Below, piece by piece: positions 1 through 10,122 of a stretch of 64,000 bases of DNA. Under the pieces are notes generated by a model that was not told the DNA's origin, did not search any database, and worked only from the letters and a program-made list of their open reading frames with translations. The translations under genes were made by a program, and so were the position numbers. The stretch is from Ferruginibacter sp. (lineage in GTDB: Bacteria; Bacteroidota; Bacteroidia; Chitinophagales; Chitinophagaceae), in NCBI GenBank assembly GCA_031391665.1, contig JANMUN010000153.1; one strand, written 5' to 3'. Position 1 is the stretch's first letter. Each line of letters starts with the position of its first letter.

Positions 1-1
1 T

Positions 2-304
2 GAGAATATCACTTTTGACACCAAAGAAGATAAGAAAGAAGACCTGGTTGATGAACAAACTTTGCAGTTACGTAAAGTATTAAAGACACCATTGGAAGAC
101 CTGGATCTTTCTGTACGTGCCTTTAACTGCTTAAAAGCTGCCAAGATCAATTCATTAAGTGAGTTGGTACAGTATGAGCAGGAAGACCTGATGAAATTCA
201 GAAACTTTGGCCAGAAATCTTTAAGTGAAATTGAGCAGGTACTGCATGAAAGAGGATTGAGCTTTGGAATGGATTTGAGCAAGTTGAAATTGGATGATGA
301 GTAA
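2..304 (+). CDS. rpoA: DNA-directed RNA polymerase alpha subunit, C-terminal fragment (5' end outside window)
   Basis: The frame is open from the window edge. LDLSVRAFNCLKAAKI...FRNFGQKSLSEI is the alpha-CTD helix-hairpin-helix signature, and rplQ follows as in the conserved operon. Confidence 0.9.
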   Translation, partial: ENITFDTKEDKKEDLVDEQTLQLRKVLKTPLEDLDLSVRAFNCLKAAKINSLSELVQYEQEDLMKFRNFGQKSLSEIEQVLHERGLSFGMDLSKLKLDDE

Positions 305-306
305 AC

Positions 307-378
307 CCCTCCGCCCCTAAAGGGGAACTGGAGCTTTTATAACTGAAGTACTCTGCAAATCCTGACACGGTGCAGAGG
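307..378. repeat. Short intergenic repeat family, copy 1 (cccctccgcccc-taaa-gggg...tttataa)
   Basis: About 55 nt align by eye with 39493-39550. Both copies lie just downstream of a plus-strand stop codon. Confidence 0.6.
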
Positions 379-398
379 AAATTCTAAAACAAAATGTC

Positions 399-905
399 AT
401 GCGTCACGGAAACAAAAACAATAACCTTAGCAGAACGGCTTCTCACAGAAAAGCGTTGCTGATGAACTTAGGTTGCCAGTTAATTATCAATAAAAGAATT
501 ACTACTACTTTAGCAAAAGCAAAAGTTTTACGTACTTATATTGAGCCGTTAATTACTAAAACAAAAAACACATCAAGCAAAGAAGCTATTATGCACAATC
601 ACCGTATTGTGTTCAGCTACTTAAATGATAAAGATGCTGTAAAAGAATTATTTACTGTTGTTGCACCAAAAGTTGCAAGCCGCCCAGGTGGTTATACCCG
701 TATTATTAAACTGGGTGCAAGGGTTGGTGATAATGCAGAAATTGCAATGATTGAATTAGTTGACTTTAACGAAGTTTACGGTAAAGGAATTAGTGCAGCT
801 GCTGAACCTGCTAAAAAAACACGTAGGGCCGGTGGTGCAAAAAAGAAAGCAACTGAAGAGGCTGCTGAAACAACTACTGATACAGCTACAGAAGAAAAAG
901 CATAA
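399..905 (+). CDS. rplQ: 50S ribosomal protein L17 with Ala/Lys/Glu-rich C-terminal extension
   Basis: [24 protein letters not shown] and [23 protein letters not shown] are L17 signatures. The gene sits directly downstream of rpoA. Confidence 0.95.
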   Translation: MRHGNKNNNLSRTASHRKALLMNLGCQLIINKRITTTLAKAKVLRTYIEPLITKTKNTSSKEAIMHNHRIVFSYLNDKDAVKELFTVVAPKVASRPGGYTRIIKLGARVGDNAEIAMIELVDFNEVYGKGISAAAEPAKKTRRAGGAKKKATEEAAETTTDTATEEKA

Positions 906-928
906 TTTGAAACTAACTGTCTATAAAA

Positions 929-958
929 ACTCTGATATTATTATCGGAGTTTTTTTTT
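929..958 (+). terminator. Rho-independent terminator after rplQ
   Basis: The stem actctgat/atcggagt (one G:T wobble) has a 6-nt loop and is followed by a run of 9 T. Confidence 0.7.
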
Positions 959-963
959 GATAT

Positions 964-1004
964 ATTTATGCGTCAGACGGTTTAAAACCGTCTGACGCAT
1001 AAAT
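964..1004. repeat. Perfect 41-bp palindrome (20-bp arms)
   Basis: atttatgcgtcagacggttt-a-aaaccgtctgacgcataaat; every position 964+n pairs with 1004-n. Confidence 0.9.
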
Positions 1005-1074
1005 CAACATAATGTGAAAAATTTTATTTGTTCATTACGCAATTGAATTGCTTTCTTTGCAAAACTTTTAAAAC

Positions 1075-2187
1075 ATGTCGACCACCCACACCAAACCTGC
1101 AATTTTAATTTTAGAAGACGGGAATATTTTTTACGGAAAAGCTTTTGGCAAAATTGGTACTGCCACAGGCGAAGTATGTTTTAATACCGGGATGACGGGT
1201 TACCAGGAAGTATTTACCGACCCCAGTTATTACGGGCAGGTTTTAATAATGAACAGTGTGCATATTGGCAACTATGGTGTAAAGGCTGCAGATGTGGAAA
1301 GCGACAGTGTAAAAGTAAAAGCAGTGATAGGCCGCAACCTGGAAGATAAATACAGCCGCTTTATGGCCGATGCATCGCTGCAGGAATATTTTGAGGCTCA
1401 AAATGTAGTAGCTATTGATGGTATCGATACGAGGGCTTTAGTGGCGCATATACGCACACAGGGCGCTATGAATTGTATCATATCTTCTGAGATATTAGAT
1501 ACAGAACAATTAAAGGCCGAATTAAAAAAAGTGCCTTCGATGGATGGATTAGAGCTGGCATCTGCTGTGAGCACCAATGAAGAATATTTTTTGGGAGATG
1601 AAAAAAGTAATTTGAGGGTTGCAGTATTGGATTTTGGCATTAAGAAAAATATTTTAAACTGTTTGGTGGAAAGAGGTGCTTATGTAAAAGTGCATCCTGC
1701 AAAAACAAGTTTTGAAAAATTAGAAGCGTTTAAGCCTAATGGCTATTTTATCAGCAACGGCCCCGGCGACCCTGCCCCAATGGATTATGCTATTGCCACA
1801 GTAAAACAAATTTTAGCTGCTAAAAAACCGTTATTTGGTATTTGTCTCGGCCATCAATTATTGGCACTTGCCAATGACATTCCTACTTTTAAAATGCATC
1901 ACGGGCACCGTGGATTAAACCATCCGGTAAAAAATATTATTAGCGGCAAAAGTGAGATTACTACACAAAACCATGGTTTTGGTGTGGACCCTAAGGCTGT
2001 AAAAGCAAATGCCAATGTGGAGATAACGCATGTTAATTTGAATGATGAAAGCATTGAAGGCATCCGCCTGAAAGATAAGCCTGCATTTTCTGTTCAGTAT
2101 CATCCAGAAGCTACTCCCGGGCCACATGACAGCAGGTATTTATTTGATGATTTTATTGAACTGATAAATGCTCCCTCTGCCCGCTAA
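1075..2187 (+). CDS. carA: Carbamoyl-phosphate synthase small (glutamine amidotransferase) subunit
   Basis: N-terminal CPSase small-chain motifs (GEVCFNTGMTGYQEVFTDPSY) are present, together with the class-I GATase triad region (GICLGHQ, HGHRG, QYHPE). Confidence 0.95.
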   Translation: MSTTHTKPAILILEDGNIFYGKAFGKIGTATGEVCFNTGMTGYQEVFTDPSYYGQVLIMNSVHIGNYGVKAADVESDSVKVKAVIGRNLEDKYSRFMADASLQEYFEAQNVVAIDGIDTRALVAHIRTQGAMNCIISSEILDTEQLKAELKKVPSMDGLELASAVSTNEEYFLGDEKSNLRVAVLDFGIKKNILNCLVERGAYVKVHPAKTSFEKLEAFKPNGYFISNGPGDPAPMDYAIATVKQILAAKKPLFGICLGHQLLALANDIPTFKMHHGHRGLNHPVKNIISGKSEITTQNHGFGVDPKAVKANANVEITHVNLNDESIEGIRLKDKPAFSVQYHPEATPGPHDSRYLFDDFIELINAPSAR

Positions 2188-2279
2188 GTAGGAATGTTGA
2201 AATCTATTAATCAAAACTCTTACTTAATTTGCATAAAGCAATTTTTGTAAACATTAAATACCCGTTTAGGGATTGAGCG

Positions 2280-2702
2280 ATGAAAATAGCAATTATAAAC
2301 GGGCCAAACTTAAACCTGCTTGGTACAAGAGAAGTAGATGTTTATGGCGGAGAAAATTTCGATACTTTTTTTGAAGAGCTAAAAACAAAATTTCCGACAG
2401 CGGAGTTTAGTTTTTTTCAAAGTAATGTAGAGGGGGAATTGATAAATGAATTGCAACGGGTTGGTTATACCGATGAAGGTATTGTTTTTAATCCCGGTGG
2501 TTATACCCACACTTCTGTAGCCATTGGCGATGCCATAGCTGCAATAATAACGCCTGTTATTGAAGTGCATATTTCCAATATTCTTGGAAGAGAAGAATTC
2601 AGGAAAATATCTCATGTGTCTGCAAAAGCAAAAGGGGTTATCAGTGGTTTAGGATTAAAAGGGTATGAGCTGGCGGTAGAATGGTTAATGACCAGCAAAT
2701 AA
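2280..2702 (+). CDS. aroQ: Type II 3-dehydroquinate dehydratase
   Basis: INGPNLNLLGTRE, NPGGYTHTSVAI and EVHISNI motifs; size of 140 aa. Confidence 0.95.
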   Translation: MKIAIINGPNLNLLGTREVDVYGGENFDTFFEELKTKFPTAEFSFFQSNVEGELINELQRVGYTDEGIVFNPGGYTHTSVAIGDAIAAIITPVIEVHISNILGREEFRKISHVSAKAKGVISGLGLKGYELAVEWLMTSK

Positions 2703-2826
2703 ATTTTCTTCAACAAGGTTTGATTTGTCATTCTGATAAATCAATTTCACCATAATTTTAAAATACCCACAGCAGGGTATAGCTGCAATTTTCTTTACAC
2801 TTACATTTAGGGTATAAAATAATTGT

Positions 2827-3441
2827 ATGAAAAAAATATTTCTCGCCGGCTGGTTTTGTTTAATGGTATTTTTTTTCGGTGCTGCACAACCTGCAGGCAC
2901 AACTGAAAAGCTGGAAGTAAAAGTTGGTAACGAACTGACTTACCATGTTAAAAGCAAAGGCAAGGAATACGATTTTATTGTTACTATTAAGGAGTTAAGT
3001 GCTTTAAATGAAAATGCAATTGTATTCGACTGGCAAATGACTGGCCCTGTGAATAAGAAAGGCACAATTACCATTGGCCACTATGCTGCTACCAATTCGA
3101 AAGCTTTTTACAACTGGTTTGCAGAGGGAGAAAAAAAACTGGATAAAGAAACCTCGGTGTTTATTGGCTTTATGCTGAATATAGAATTAGTGATGGCAGA
3201 AAATGGCGATGAGGTAAAGATAAAAGTAGATGGCGCTTCGGCGGAGGAAGAAACTTTTACAATGATAGATAATAATCACCCTTTTACTTTTACTGAAAAC
3301 GGGAAAGCAAAAACTATAAAAACTTTATTGCTTAAGAATAAAACCAATGGAAAAACACTTACTATCTACAATGAATCTACCAATTCATTTATCGTAGCGA
3401 TGAGTGTTGAGTTTGATATTACTTTACAATCCGTTAAGTGA
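2827..3441 (+). CDS. Hypothetical secreted protein
   Basis: N-terminal signal peptide (MKKIFLAGWFCLMVFFFGAAQ). No motif was recognised. Confidence 0.55.
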   Translation: MKKIFLAGWFCLMVFFFGAAQPAGTTEKLEVKVGNELTYHVKSKGKEYDFIVTIKELSALNENAIVFDWQMTGPVNKKGTITIGHYAATNSKAFYNWFAEGEKKLDKETSVFIGFMLNIELVMAENGDEVKIKVDGASAEEETFTMIDNNHPFTFTENGKAKTIKTLLLKNKTNGKTLTIYNESTNSFIVAMSVEFDITLQSVK

Positions 3442-3523
3442 TTTTAGCTGATGAATATAACTCCTGGAGGGTTATAAACCCTCGGGAGTTTGCGAAGGAA
3501 GTTAATTATAAAATTTTTTTGAT

Positions 3524-4153
3524 CTATAAAATTACCCGTAACATCAACGCATAGCCCACATCTTTTTTAGGGTTGTCGGTAATTTTTACAATGTGCAGGC
3601 CGGCTGCTGTCCACACGGTAAATATTTCTCCTTTTTTATGTTTAGATACGGCTTCATCTAATTGCTGCAGCATAACGCCACGAACAAACCAGCCTAAATC
3701 GCCGCCTTTAACAGCTGAAGAATAATCGGCACTGTAAGTGCTTGCCATTGATGCAAAACTTTCCCTGCCTGATTGTATTTTTTCTATAATAGTATCTGCC
3801 AATGAAGAGGCAAACCTAAAACTGTAAGTGGAAGTATCTAACACAATATGACTGACATGATAAAATGTATTGGGCGCTTTGTATAAAATCTTCACCAAAA
3901 TATTTTCGCCTTTAAACGGGCCATACACTTTGCCTACTTTTCCTTTGTAAGCAAGACTGTCTGCTTTGCCCATAAAATTACTGGTGGTAACCACGGCCAC
4001 CGTATCAATAAAATATTTTTTCTTCAATACATATTTTACAAAACCAATGGGATTACTGGTAGTATCCAATACCTTTTTTATTTGTGCAAGGGTTTGGCTT
4101 TTTGCGGCAAATACAATACTTGTGAACAGTAAGCTAAAAAGAAGTTTTTTCAT
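3524..4153 (-). CDS. Parvulin-type peptidyl-prolyl cis-trans isomerase, secreted
   Basis: Signal peptide, and C-terminal PpiC/parvulin core (GGDLGWF..G.M...LDEAV...GEIF.V.T..G.HIVKI). Confidence 0.8.
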   Translation of the reverse strand: MKKLLFSLLFTSIVFAAKSQTLAQIKKVLDTTSNPIGFVKYVLKKKYFIDTVAVVTTSNFMGKADSLAYKGKVGKVYGPFKGENILVKILYKAPNTFYHVSHIVLDTSTYSFRFASSLADTIIEKIQSGRESFASMASTYSADYSSAVKGGDLGWFVRGVMLQQLDEAVSKHKKGEIFTVWTAAGLHIVKITDNPKKDVGYALMLRVIL

Positions 4154-4239
4154 TTTTAAATTTGAGCAGCAAATATAAGTTTTAATTAAGAAGACAGCCT
4201 TTGTAAGACTGTCTTCAATAAAATATTAACTAAATTTAT

Positions 4240-4986
4240 TTACTTTAAAGCGTACAATACTTTTACTTCAAAACGCAATTTAATTTTTCTGTAATCAATT
4301 CCACCTTCGGCTATACCACCATAAGAATCAATTCTTGATTTTTCCATTAGTGAGTTAGCAGTCAAATTAGATTTATATCTTCCAGAAAGTACATCAGAAC
4401 TTGACGATTCTTCCGGCTCAACAATTGTAATGGCTTCACCTACTTTTTCATTTACAGATTCGGATAAATACACTGCTTTTTCTTTAGCAGCTTTTACAGC
4501 CATAATTTTTAACTGCTTTCTAAATTCTATTATTTTACTGTGAGAAGTTCTGGTAATACTAAAATTGCTGGTGGCTTCATCATCAAGGCGGTTAACCAGT
4601 TCGTCAATTAATTTTGTGTTGCTGAATTTTAATTGATAAGTGATAGAAGCCAATAGATCCGGATCTTTTTTTCTGCGTCTCCAAATTGATGACAGGTTAT
4701 AACCATCGTAGGATGCCACAGCAATATTGCTGTCGGCAATACCAACTGCTTTGCAGTTGGCTAAAAAGTCAATTTTGATTTTGTCGAGCTCCTTTTTTTC
4801 TTCTCCTTTTTTCTTGTATTCTCTTAAATCTACCTGCACATAAATTTCATCGGGAATAACTTCCATTTCGGCACTGCCTGTAACTGAAATTGTTTTTGGA
4901 AAAGGGAAACAACCGAGCTGGGTATTTTGTGCATTAAGCAAACCGATTACTGTAACTGCAATAATGACCAATGATATTTTTTTCAT
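4240..4986 (-). CDS. SIMPL (DUF541) domain periplasmic protein
   Basis: ISVTGSAEMEVIPDEIYVQVDL is the typical SIMPL N-terminus. The start was moved to the ATG at 4986 (MKKISLVIIAV signal peptide). Confidence 0.8.
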   Translation of the reverse strand: MKKISLVIIAVTVIGLLNAQNTQLGCFPFPKTISVTGSAEMEVIPDEIYVQVDLREYKKKGEEKKELDKIKIDFLANCKAVGIADSNIAVASYDGYNLSSIWRRRKKDPDLLASITYQLKFSNTKLIDELVNRLDDEATSNFSITRTSHSKIIEFRKQLKIMAVKAAKEKAVYLSESVNEKVGEAITIVEPEESSSSDVLSGRYKSNLTANSLMEKSRIDSYGGIAEGGIDYRKIKLRFEVKVLYALK

Positions 4987-5034
4987 GTTATAATTTTTAT
5001 AAGGGATGAAATGGATGCAGCAATTACACAAACA

Positions 5035-7152
5035 TTACAACTTTAATTTTCTGGCAACCGCCTTCACCAATTTCTTCATTTCTTCCAGCTCACCCAATTG
5101 CTGTTGTATAAAACTATTGTCTTCTAATCTTCCTACAACTTTGTTCATTTCTTCATTGGTATCGTACACCATTTTTTTAAAGGGGTTGCTGTAATCTTTA
5201 GCACGGCTGTTAAAAATCCCTTTGCACATCCATTCTTTGGTATCTAATGCCTGTTGCAGTAATTGTTTAAAAAGTGCAGGTGTAAATTGTTTTGGGGTAC
5301 TGTTTAATATTTCTAATAACGAAGTATAACCATGATTTAATTTATCGGCAGTATAAGCTTCTCCCTGCTGGCGGTAAAAATTATGCATATCATCCCAACT
5401 TTTTACTTTACCCGATTTTATATTTCGTCTTAAGTTTTCAACAGCAGTTTTTTGTATCAATTGTCCGCCAATATTTAACCACTGGCTTCTTTGTATTTTA
5501 GCAGAGAGGGATTTTTTTAAAGTTTCAAAATCGGCAAATTTATTTTTTTGTAAATGATTTAATATTTCCATGGTGCCGTAATACTGAATCACTTCTTTGA
5601 ATATCGCCATCGACTGCGGCACTTTTAAAATTTTTGTAGTGCGGTCAGTATTTTCCCAGCCTGTAATTGTTGCAGTGCCTTCTGCATCGGGCTTTAATTT
5701 TTGTAAAATTTGTAAGCCATCAAAAATTTCATTCACCGTATCAGGTGCTAAAAAATCATATTCCAGGTGCTGAATTTTTTCTGTTCTTCGGTCACGGTCA
5801 AAATACTTGTGTGCATTACGTGCCAGTGCATACATGTTGTACATAAACCAGTAAGCAGGCATTACCACTAACATATCGTTACTTACATCATTGCTCACTA
5901 AACTAAAAGGTACCCGAATATTTAACTCTGCCGGAAAATCGCCTTTAGCAATTATTGTAAACGCAGCAAATTTTGAATTGTGTTTTAAACTTACACAAAG
6001 CCCCGGCCAAAAACCACGGCCTGCAACTATTTCACCATCTGCAGCTCGGCTGTTATGATTGCTGCCAATGGTGGCACCTGCTGCAATATTACTTTGCCCC
6101 ATCACAACTGCTGCACATAAAAAAGAATTATTATGATGTTGCTCGTGTGCCGGAAAAATTAAGGAGTTTAACACTTCGCAACAGGAAATAGTGGAGTTGT
6201 TACCGAGATAAGAATTGATTAGCCTGGCGCCATATTTCAACTGGCAATGCGATGCCATAATAAAACGTACTGCTTTTGCACCGTAAAATATCCTGCAGCC
6301 ATAACCCACAATACCATTTACCAATTCGCAGCCTTCACCAATTTGAGAAGTGCGTTCTTCATCACTGTTAACCGTAAGGTTTTTTAATTTGTTGGCACCT
6401 TTAAAATAAGCATCGGTACCCACCCACACATCTTTTATAATTTTACAATTTTTTATAACTGTGCGGTCACCAATTTTTCCATAGTAGCCTCTTAGTTTAT
6501 CAAAGCGGTTTTCAGTAAATTCTTTAAATTTATTCAGCAGTGCATCATCATCCCTGTATTTGCTCCATAAGTAAGCATCGCCGGGTAACATGCCGTTAAA
6601 AGGCAACACACTTCTGCCACCGTTCTCGTTACACAATTCCAACCACACCCTTACTTTTTCATCTTCGCCTTCTTTAATAATACCGTTACCAAATTTAGCA
6701 TTATCGGTACAGGCCAGTTCGTTTACATTGGCTATCATTACTTCGTTGCCAATAATATAATGCCCTAAATAGTTAACATTATCTATGCAAACATTATCGC
6801 CAAAATCGCAACTGATGATGGTGCTGTTGTATAAACCTACAGCCATTCTTAAATTATGAAACTCGAGGTAATACGGTTCTAATTTTCCAATACGTACTAA
6901 ACCAAAAAACTTACAGTTCTTTACTAATTCGGCATTAAAAAATGAGGAGACTAAAATATTATTCCAATCATCGGAGGTGTTGCGGTTACGCACCAGCACT
7001 TCAATTTCCAGTGCCGATAATTTTCGGTAACTGATACCATTACGGTTTTGTTTATTACGAAGATGGTATTCATTTTTTCCTTTGGGAAGATATTGCGGGG
7101 CTACAAAATTGTAGCCGAGGTTATTAACCGGATGTTTTTGAATGATGTTCAT
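5035..7152 (-). CDS. DUF4954-family protein with left-handed beta-helix (hexapeptide-like) repeats
   Basis: 705 aa, with repeated [IV]G.n motifs through the middle. The family assignment is from memory of Bacteroidota DUF4954 proteins and is unverified. Confidence 0.6.
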   Translation of the reverse strand: MNIIQKHPVNNLGYNFVAPQYLPKGKNEYHLRNKQNRNGISYRKLSALEIEVLVRNRNTSDDWNNILVSSFFNAELVKNCKFFGLVRIGKLEPYYLEFHNLRMAVGLYNSTIISCDFGDNVCIDNVNYLGHYIIGNEVMIANVNELACTDNAKFGNGIIKEGEDEKVRVWLELCNENGGRSVLPFNGMLPGDAYLWSKYRDDDALLNKFKEFTENRFDKLRGYYGKIGDRTVIKNCKIIKDVWVGTDAYFKGANKLKNLTVNSDEERTSQIGEGCELVNGIVGYGCRIFYGAKAVRFIMASHCQLKYGARLINSYLGNNSTISCCEVLNSLIFPAHEQHHNNSFLCAAVVMGQSNIAAGATIGSNHNSRAADGEIVAGRGFWPGLCVSLKHNSKFAAFTIIAKGDFPAELNIRVPFSLVSNDVSNDMLVVMPAYWFMYNMYALARNAHKYFDRDRRTEKIQHLEYDFLAPDTVNEIFDGLQILQKLKPDAEGTATITGWENTDRTTKILKVPQSMAIFKEVIQYYGTMEILNHLQKNKFADFETLKKSLSAKIQRSQWLNIGGQLIQKTAVENLRRNIKSGKVKSWDDMHNFYRQQGEAYTADKLNHGYTSLLEILNSTPKQFTPALFKQLLQQALDTKEWMCKGIFNSRAKDYSNPFKKMVYDTNEEMNKVVGRLEDNSFIQQQLGELEEMKKLVKAVARKLKL

Positions 7153-7323
7153 GAAGGGAATGAATAATTAATAATGGATAATTAATAATTTGTTCAATTT
7201 GCTACTCAATTAGAAATTACTGGTTAAAATAAAATTTGATGTTTCAAGTTAAGCATATCCCGGCAAAACAAAAAGAGCTAACTAATTTGAAACATTATTC
7301 ATTATAAATTACAGCATTATCAA

Positions 7324-9159
7324 TTATTCAACGGTTACACTCTTTGCCAAATTCCTCGGCTTATCTACGTCTACTCCTTTTGCAATACCTACATAATAAC
7401 TTAATAACTGCAATGGAATAGTACTGAGCATTGGCGCAATAATTTCGTCGGCGGCAGGTACATAAAAAATATCATCGGCAAGGCCGGGTATTACATCATC
7501 ACCTTCGGTAATGATGGCAATTATTTTTCCTTTACGGGCTTTTATTTCCTGCATGTTGCTCACAATTTTTTCGTGATAGCTGTCTTTGGTAGCCACAAAA
7601 ATTACGGGCAGATTTTCATCTACCAAAGCAATGGGGCCATGTTTCATTTCGGCAGCAGGGTAACCCTCGGCGTGAATGTAACTGATTTCTTTAAGTTTTA
7701 AAGCACCTTCAAGTGCAATAGGGAAATTATATCCTCTTCCTAAAAATAAGGCATCCCCTGCGCCTTTATATTTTTCGGCAATCGCTTTTAAAAGATCAGC
7801 GCTTTTTAAAATGGCATCCACTTTTTCCGGCACAGCATCTAATTCCATCAATAAATTATTATAGCGTTCATCGCTGATAGTACCTTTTTCTTTTGCAATT
7901 TTTAATGCCATCATCATAATTACGGCAAGCTGCCCGGTAAAAGCTTTAGTAGAAGCAACACCAATTTCGGGGCCGGCATGTGTATATGCACCGCCATCAC
8001 TTATCCGTGCAATGGAAGAACCCACTACATTTACAATTCCAAAAATGATGGCGCCATTTTCTTTTGCTCTTTCAATAGCCACTAAGGTATCGGCAGTTTC
8101 GCCACTCTGGCTAATGGCAATAATAATATCGCCTTTATTTACTATCGGGTTACGGTAGCGGAACTCACTGGCATATTCCACTTCTACAGAAATACGGCAG
8201 AGCTCTTCAATAACATATTCAGCTAACAGTCCGGCGTGCCAGCTGGTACCGCAGGCAACAATTATTATACGTTGTGCATTTTTAAAATGTTCAATATTAT
8301 TCATAACACCGCTCATGGTAATGGTGCCGGCTGTTGCATCTAACCTGCCACGCAAACAATCATGAATGGTACTGGGCTGTTCAAAAATTTCTTTCAGCAT
8401 AAAATGGTCGTAGCCGCCTTTTTCAATTGCTGCCAGTTCCATATCCAGCTTGGTAATAAACGGAGTAATTTTTTCGTTACCCAAATTTTTCAATATCAAT
8501 TCATCGGGCCTCACAATGGCCAGCTCGTAATCATTTACATACACTACTTCTTTGGTATATTCTAACATGGGACTTGCATCGCTTCCTAAAAAATGTTCGC
8601 CTTTGCCCACGCCAATTACCAACGGGCTGCCTTTACGTGCCGCAATAATAGTTTGCGGATCATCTTCATCAATTAATAAAATACAATACGCCCCGGTAAT
8701 TCTTTTCAGCGCCACTCTTACCGCTTCTTCTAAATTACAGTCGTTATTTTTTTTAATGTCTTCAATAAAATTTAATAAAACTTCTGTATCGGTATCGCTG
8801 GTAAAAGCATACCCTTTGTTTACTAATTCTTTTTTTATTTGGGCATAGTTTTCAATAATGCCGTTGTGTATCATGGCCAGCTTGCCGCTTTTTGAAGTGT
8901 GCGGATGGGCATTTCTGTCGCTGGGTTCGCCATGCGTAGCCCAACGGGTATGGCCAATGCCAATGTTAGAATGTAAATCTTTGCCAATAATGCTTTCTTC
9001 CAGGTCGGCCACACGGCCTTTCTTTTTATAAACTTTTAAGCCACCGTTTAAAAGTGCCACGCCGGTACTGTCGTAGCCACGGTATTCTAAACGTTTTAAA
9101 CCAGTAATTACTATCGGATATGCCTCACGTGGGCCGGTGTAACCTACAATTCCACACAT
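7324..9159 (-). CDS. glmS: Glutamine--fructose-6-phosphate aminotransferase
   Basis: MCGIVGY N-terminal nucleophile, two SIS domains and C-terminal ...LAKSVTVE. The start was placed at the ATG giving Met-Cys (9159). Confidence 0.97.
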   Translation of the reverse strand: MCGIVGYTGPREAYPIVITGLKRLEYRGYDSTGVALLNGGLKVYKKKGRVADLEESIIGKDLHSNIGIGHTRWATHGEPSDRNAHPHTSKSGKLAMIHNGIIENYAQIKKELVNKGYAFTSDTDTEVLLNFIEDIKKNNDCNLEEAVRVALKRITGAYCILLIDEDDPQTIIAARKGSPLVIGVGKGEHFLGSDASPMLEYTKEVVYVNDYELAIVRPDELILKNLGNEKITPFITKLDMELAAIEKGGYDHFMLKEIFEQPSTIHDCLRGRLDATAGTITMSGVMNNIEHFKNAQRIIIVACGTSWHAGLLAEYVIEELCRISVEVEYASEFRYRNPIVNKGDIIIAISQSGETADTLVAIERAKENGAIIFGIVNVVGSSIARISDGGAYTHAGPEIGVASTKAFTGQLAVIMMMALKIAKEKGTISDERYNNLLMELDAVPEKVDAILKSADLLKAIAEKYKGAGDALFLGRGYNFPIALEGALKLKEISYIHAEGYPAAEMKHGPIALVDENLPVIFVATKDSYHEKIVSNMQEIKARKGKIIAIITEGDDVIPGLADDIFYVPAADEIIAPMLSTIPLQLLSYYVGIAKGVDVDKPRNLAKSVTVE

Positions 9160-9376
9160 ATTTTTTATTTTTTTTGAACCCGGCCAAAGAACAAAGCCAA
9201 TCTTCATTGGCGTCGCACTCTTGTACAGTATAACTTTATTCAGCTTTTACCGCAGCGTATGGGCTTTATTAATTTTGGGTGCAAATTAGCAAATTTGCAG
9301 CATTAACGGCACATGGTAAAGGGCTATTGTGTGTATTACAATTAATTGGCTTAAATTAGATATTCAATTGTTTATT

Positions 9377-9940
9377 ATGAAAATTTTTCTCCCTTTTTTG
9401 TTGCTGGTATTTTTTATACATACCGCTGCTGCACAAATACCTGCGGGTGTATCTGCAAAAACCAATTTATACTTTGTACGCCATGCTGAAAAAGAAGCCG
9501 GTACCGACCCGGTGCTAACCACCAACGGTAATAAAAGAGCAGGCGATTTAATGCGAACCTTAAAAAATAAAAACATAAAACGTATTTATGTTACTCAGTT
9601 TAAACGCACCCAAATGACGGCTGACAGTATGCGTTTGCAATTGGGTATTGATACCGTACATTACAACGCTGATGAAAATGGTATAGATCTTTTTAATAAA
9701 ATTGCAGCGCATGGCGATTTTAATAAAACCATATTAATTGTAGGGCATAGTAACACTGTACCGGATTATATTAAAAAAGCTGGCGTAACCAATTATCCGC
9801 AGGCAAATATTTTAGATACGGAGTTTGATAATTTGTTTAAAGTTTGTTACACCCGGCGGTTTGTGGTTGGTGCATGGAGGGCTCATGTAAAGCAGAGAAA
9901 GTATGGGGTAGCATCGGCGGCGAATAATGCAATGCAATAG
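9377..9940 (+). CDS. Histidine phosphatase (SixA/PGAM-like) family protein, secreted
   Basis: RHAEK catalytic-His motif and VGHSNT second-His motif. Signal peptide from the ATG at 9377. Confidence 0.75.
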   Translation: MKIFLPFLLLVFFIHTAAAQIPAGVSAKTNLYFVRHAEKEAGTDPVLTTNGNKRAGDLMRTLKNKNIKRIYVTQFKRTQMTADSMRLQLGIDTVHYNADENGIDLFNKIAAHGDFNKTILIVGHSNTVPDYIKKAGVTNYPQANILDTEFDNLFKVCYTRRFVVGAWRAHVKQRKYGVASAANNAMQ

Positions 9941-10122
9941 CTAAAATAGCTTGATGGAAATTATCAATAAAGTTGCTTAGTAAATCTATTGCCTTCTTGG
10001 TAAATCCTTTTGGATATTTAGAGAGAGATAATTTTAAAAAATGTAACTAGACTCAAATACTGGAATATTCAAAATAGATATTTTTAGTAAAAAATTTAAC
10101 TACAACATTCAAACATAGTCGT

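Noticed and set aside
9160-9330. Looked for a glmS ribozyme or other riboswitch upstream of glmS, and for an M-box upstream of mgtE (13407-13474)
   Set aside because: No conserved ribozyme or riboswitch core sequences were recognisable. The mgtE leader is only about 68 nt and is shared with a divergent gene.
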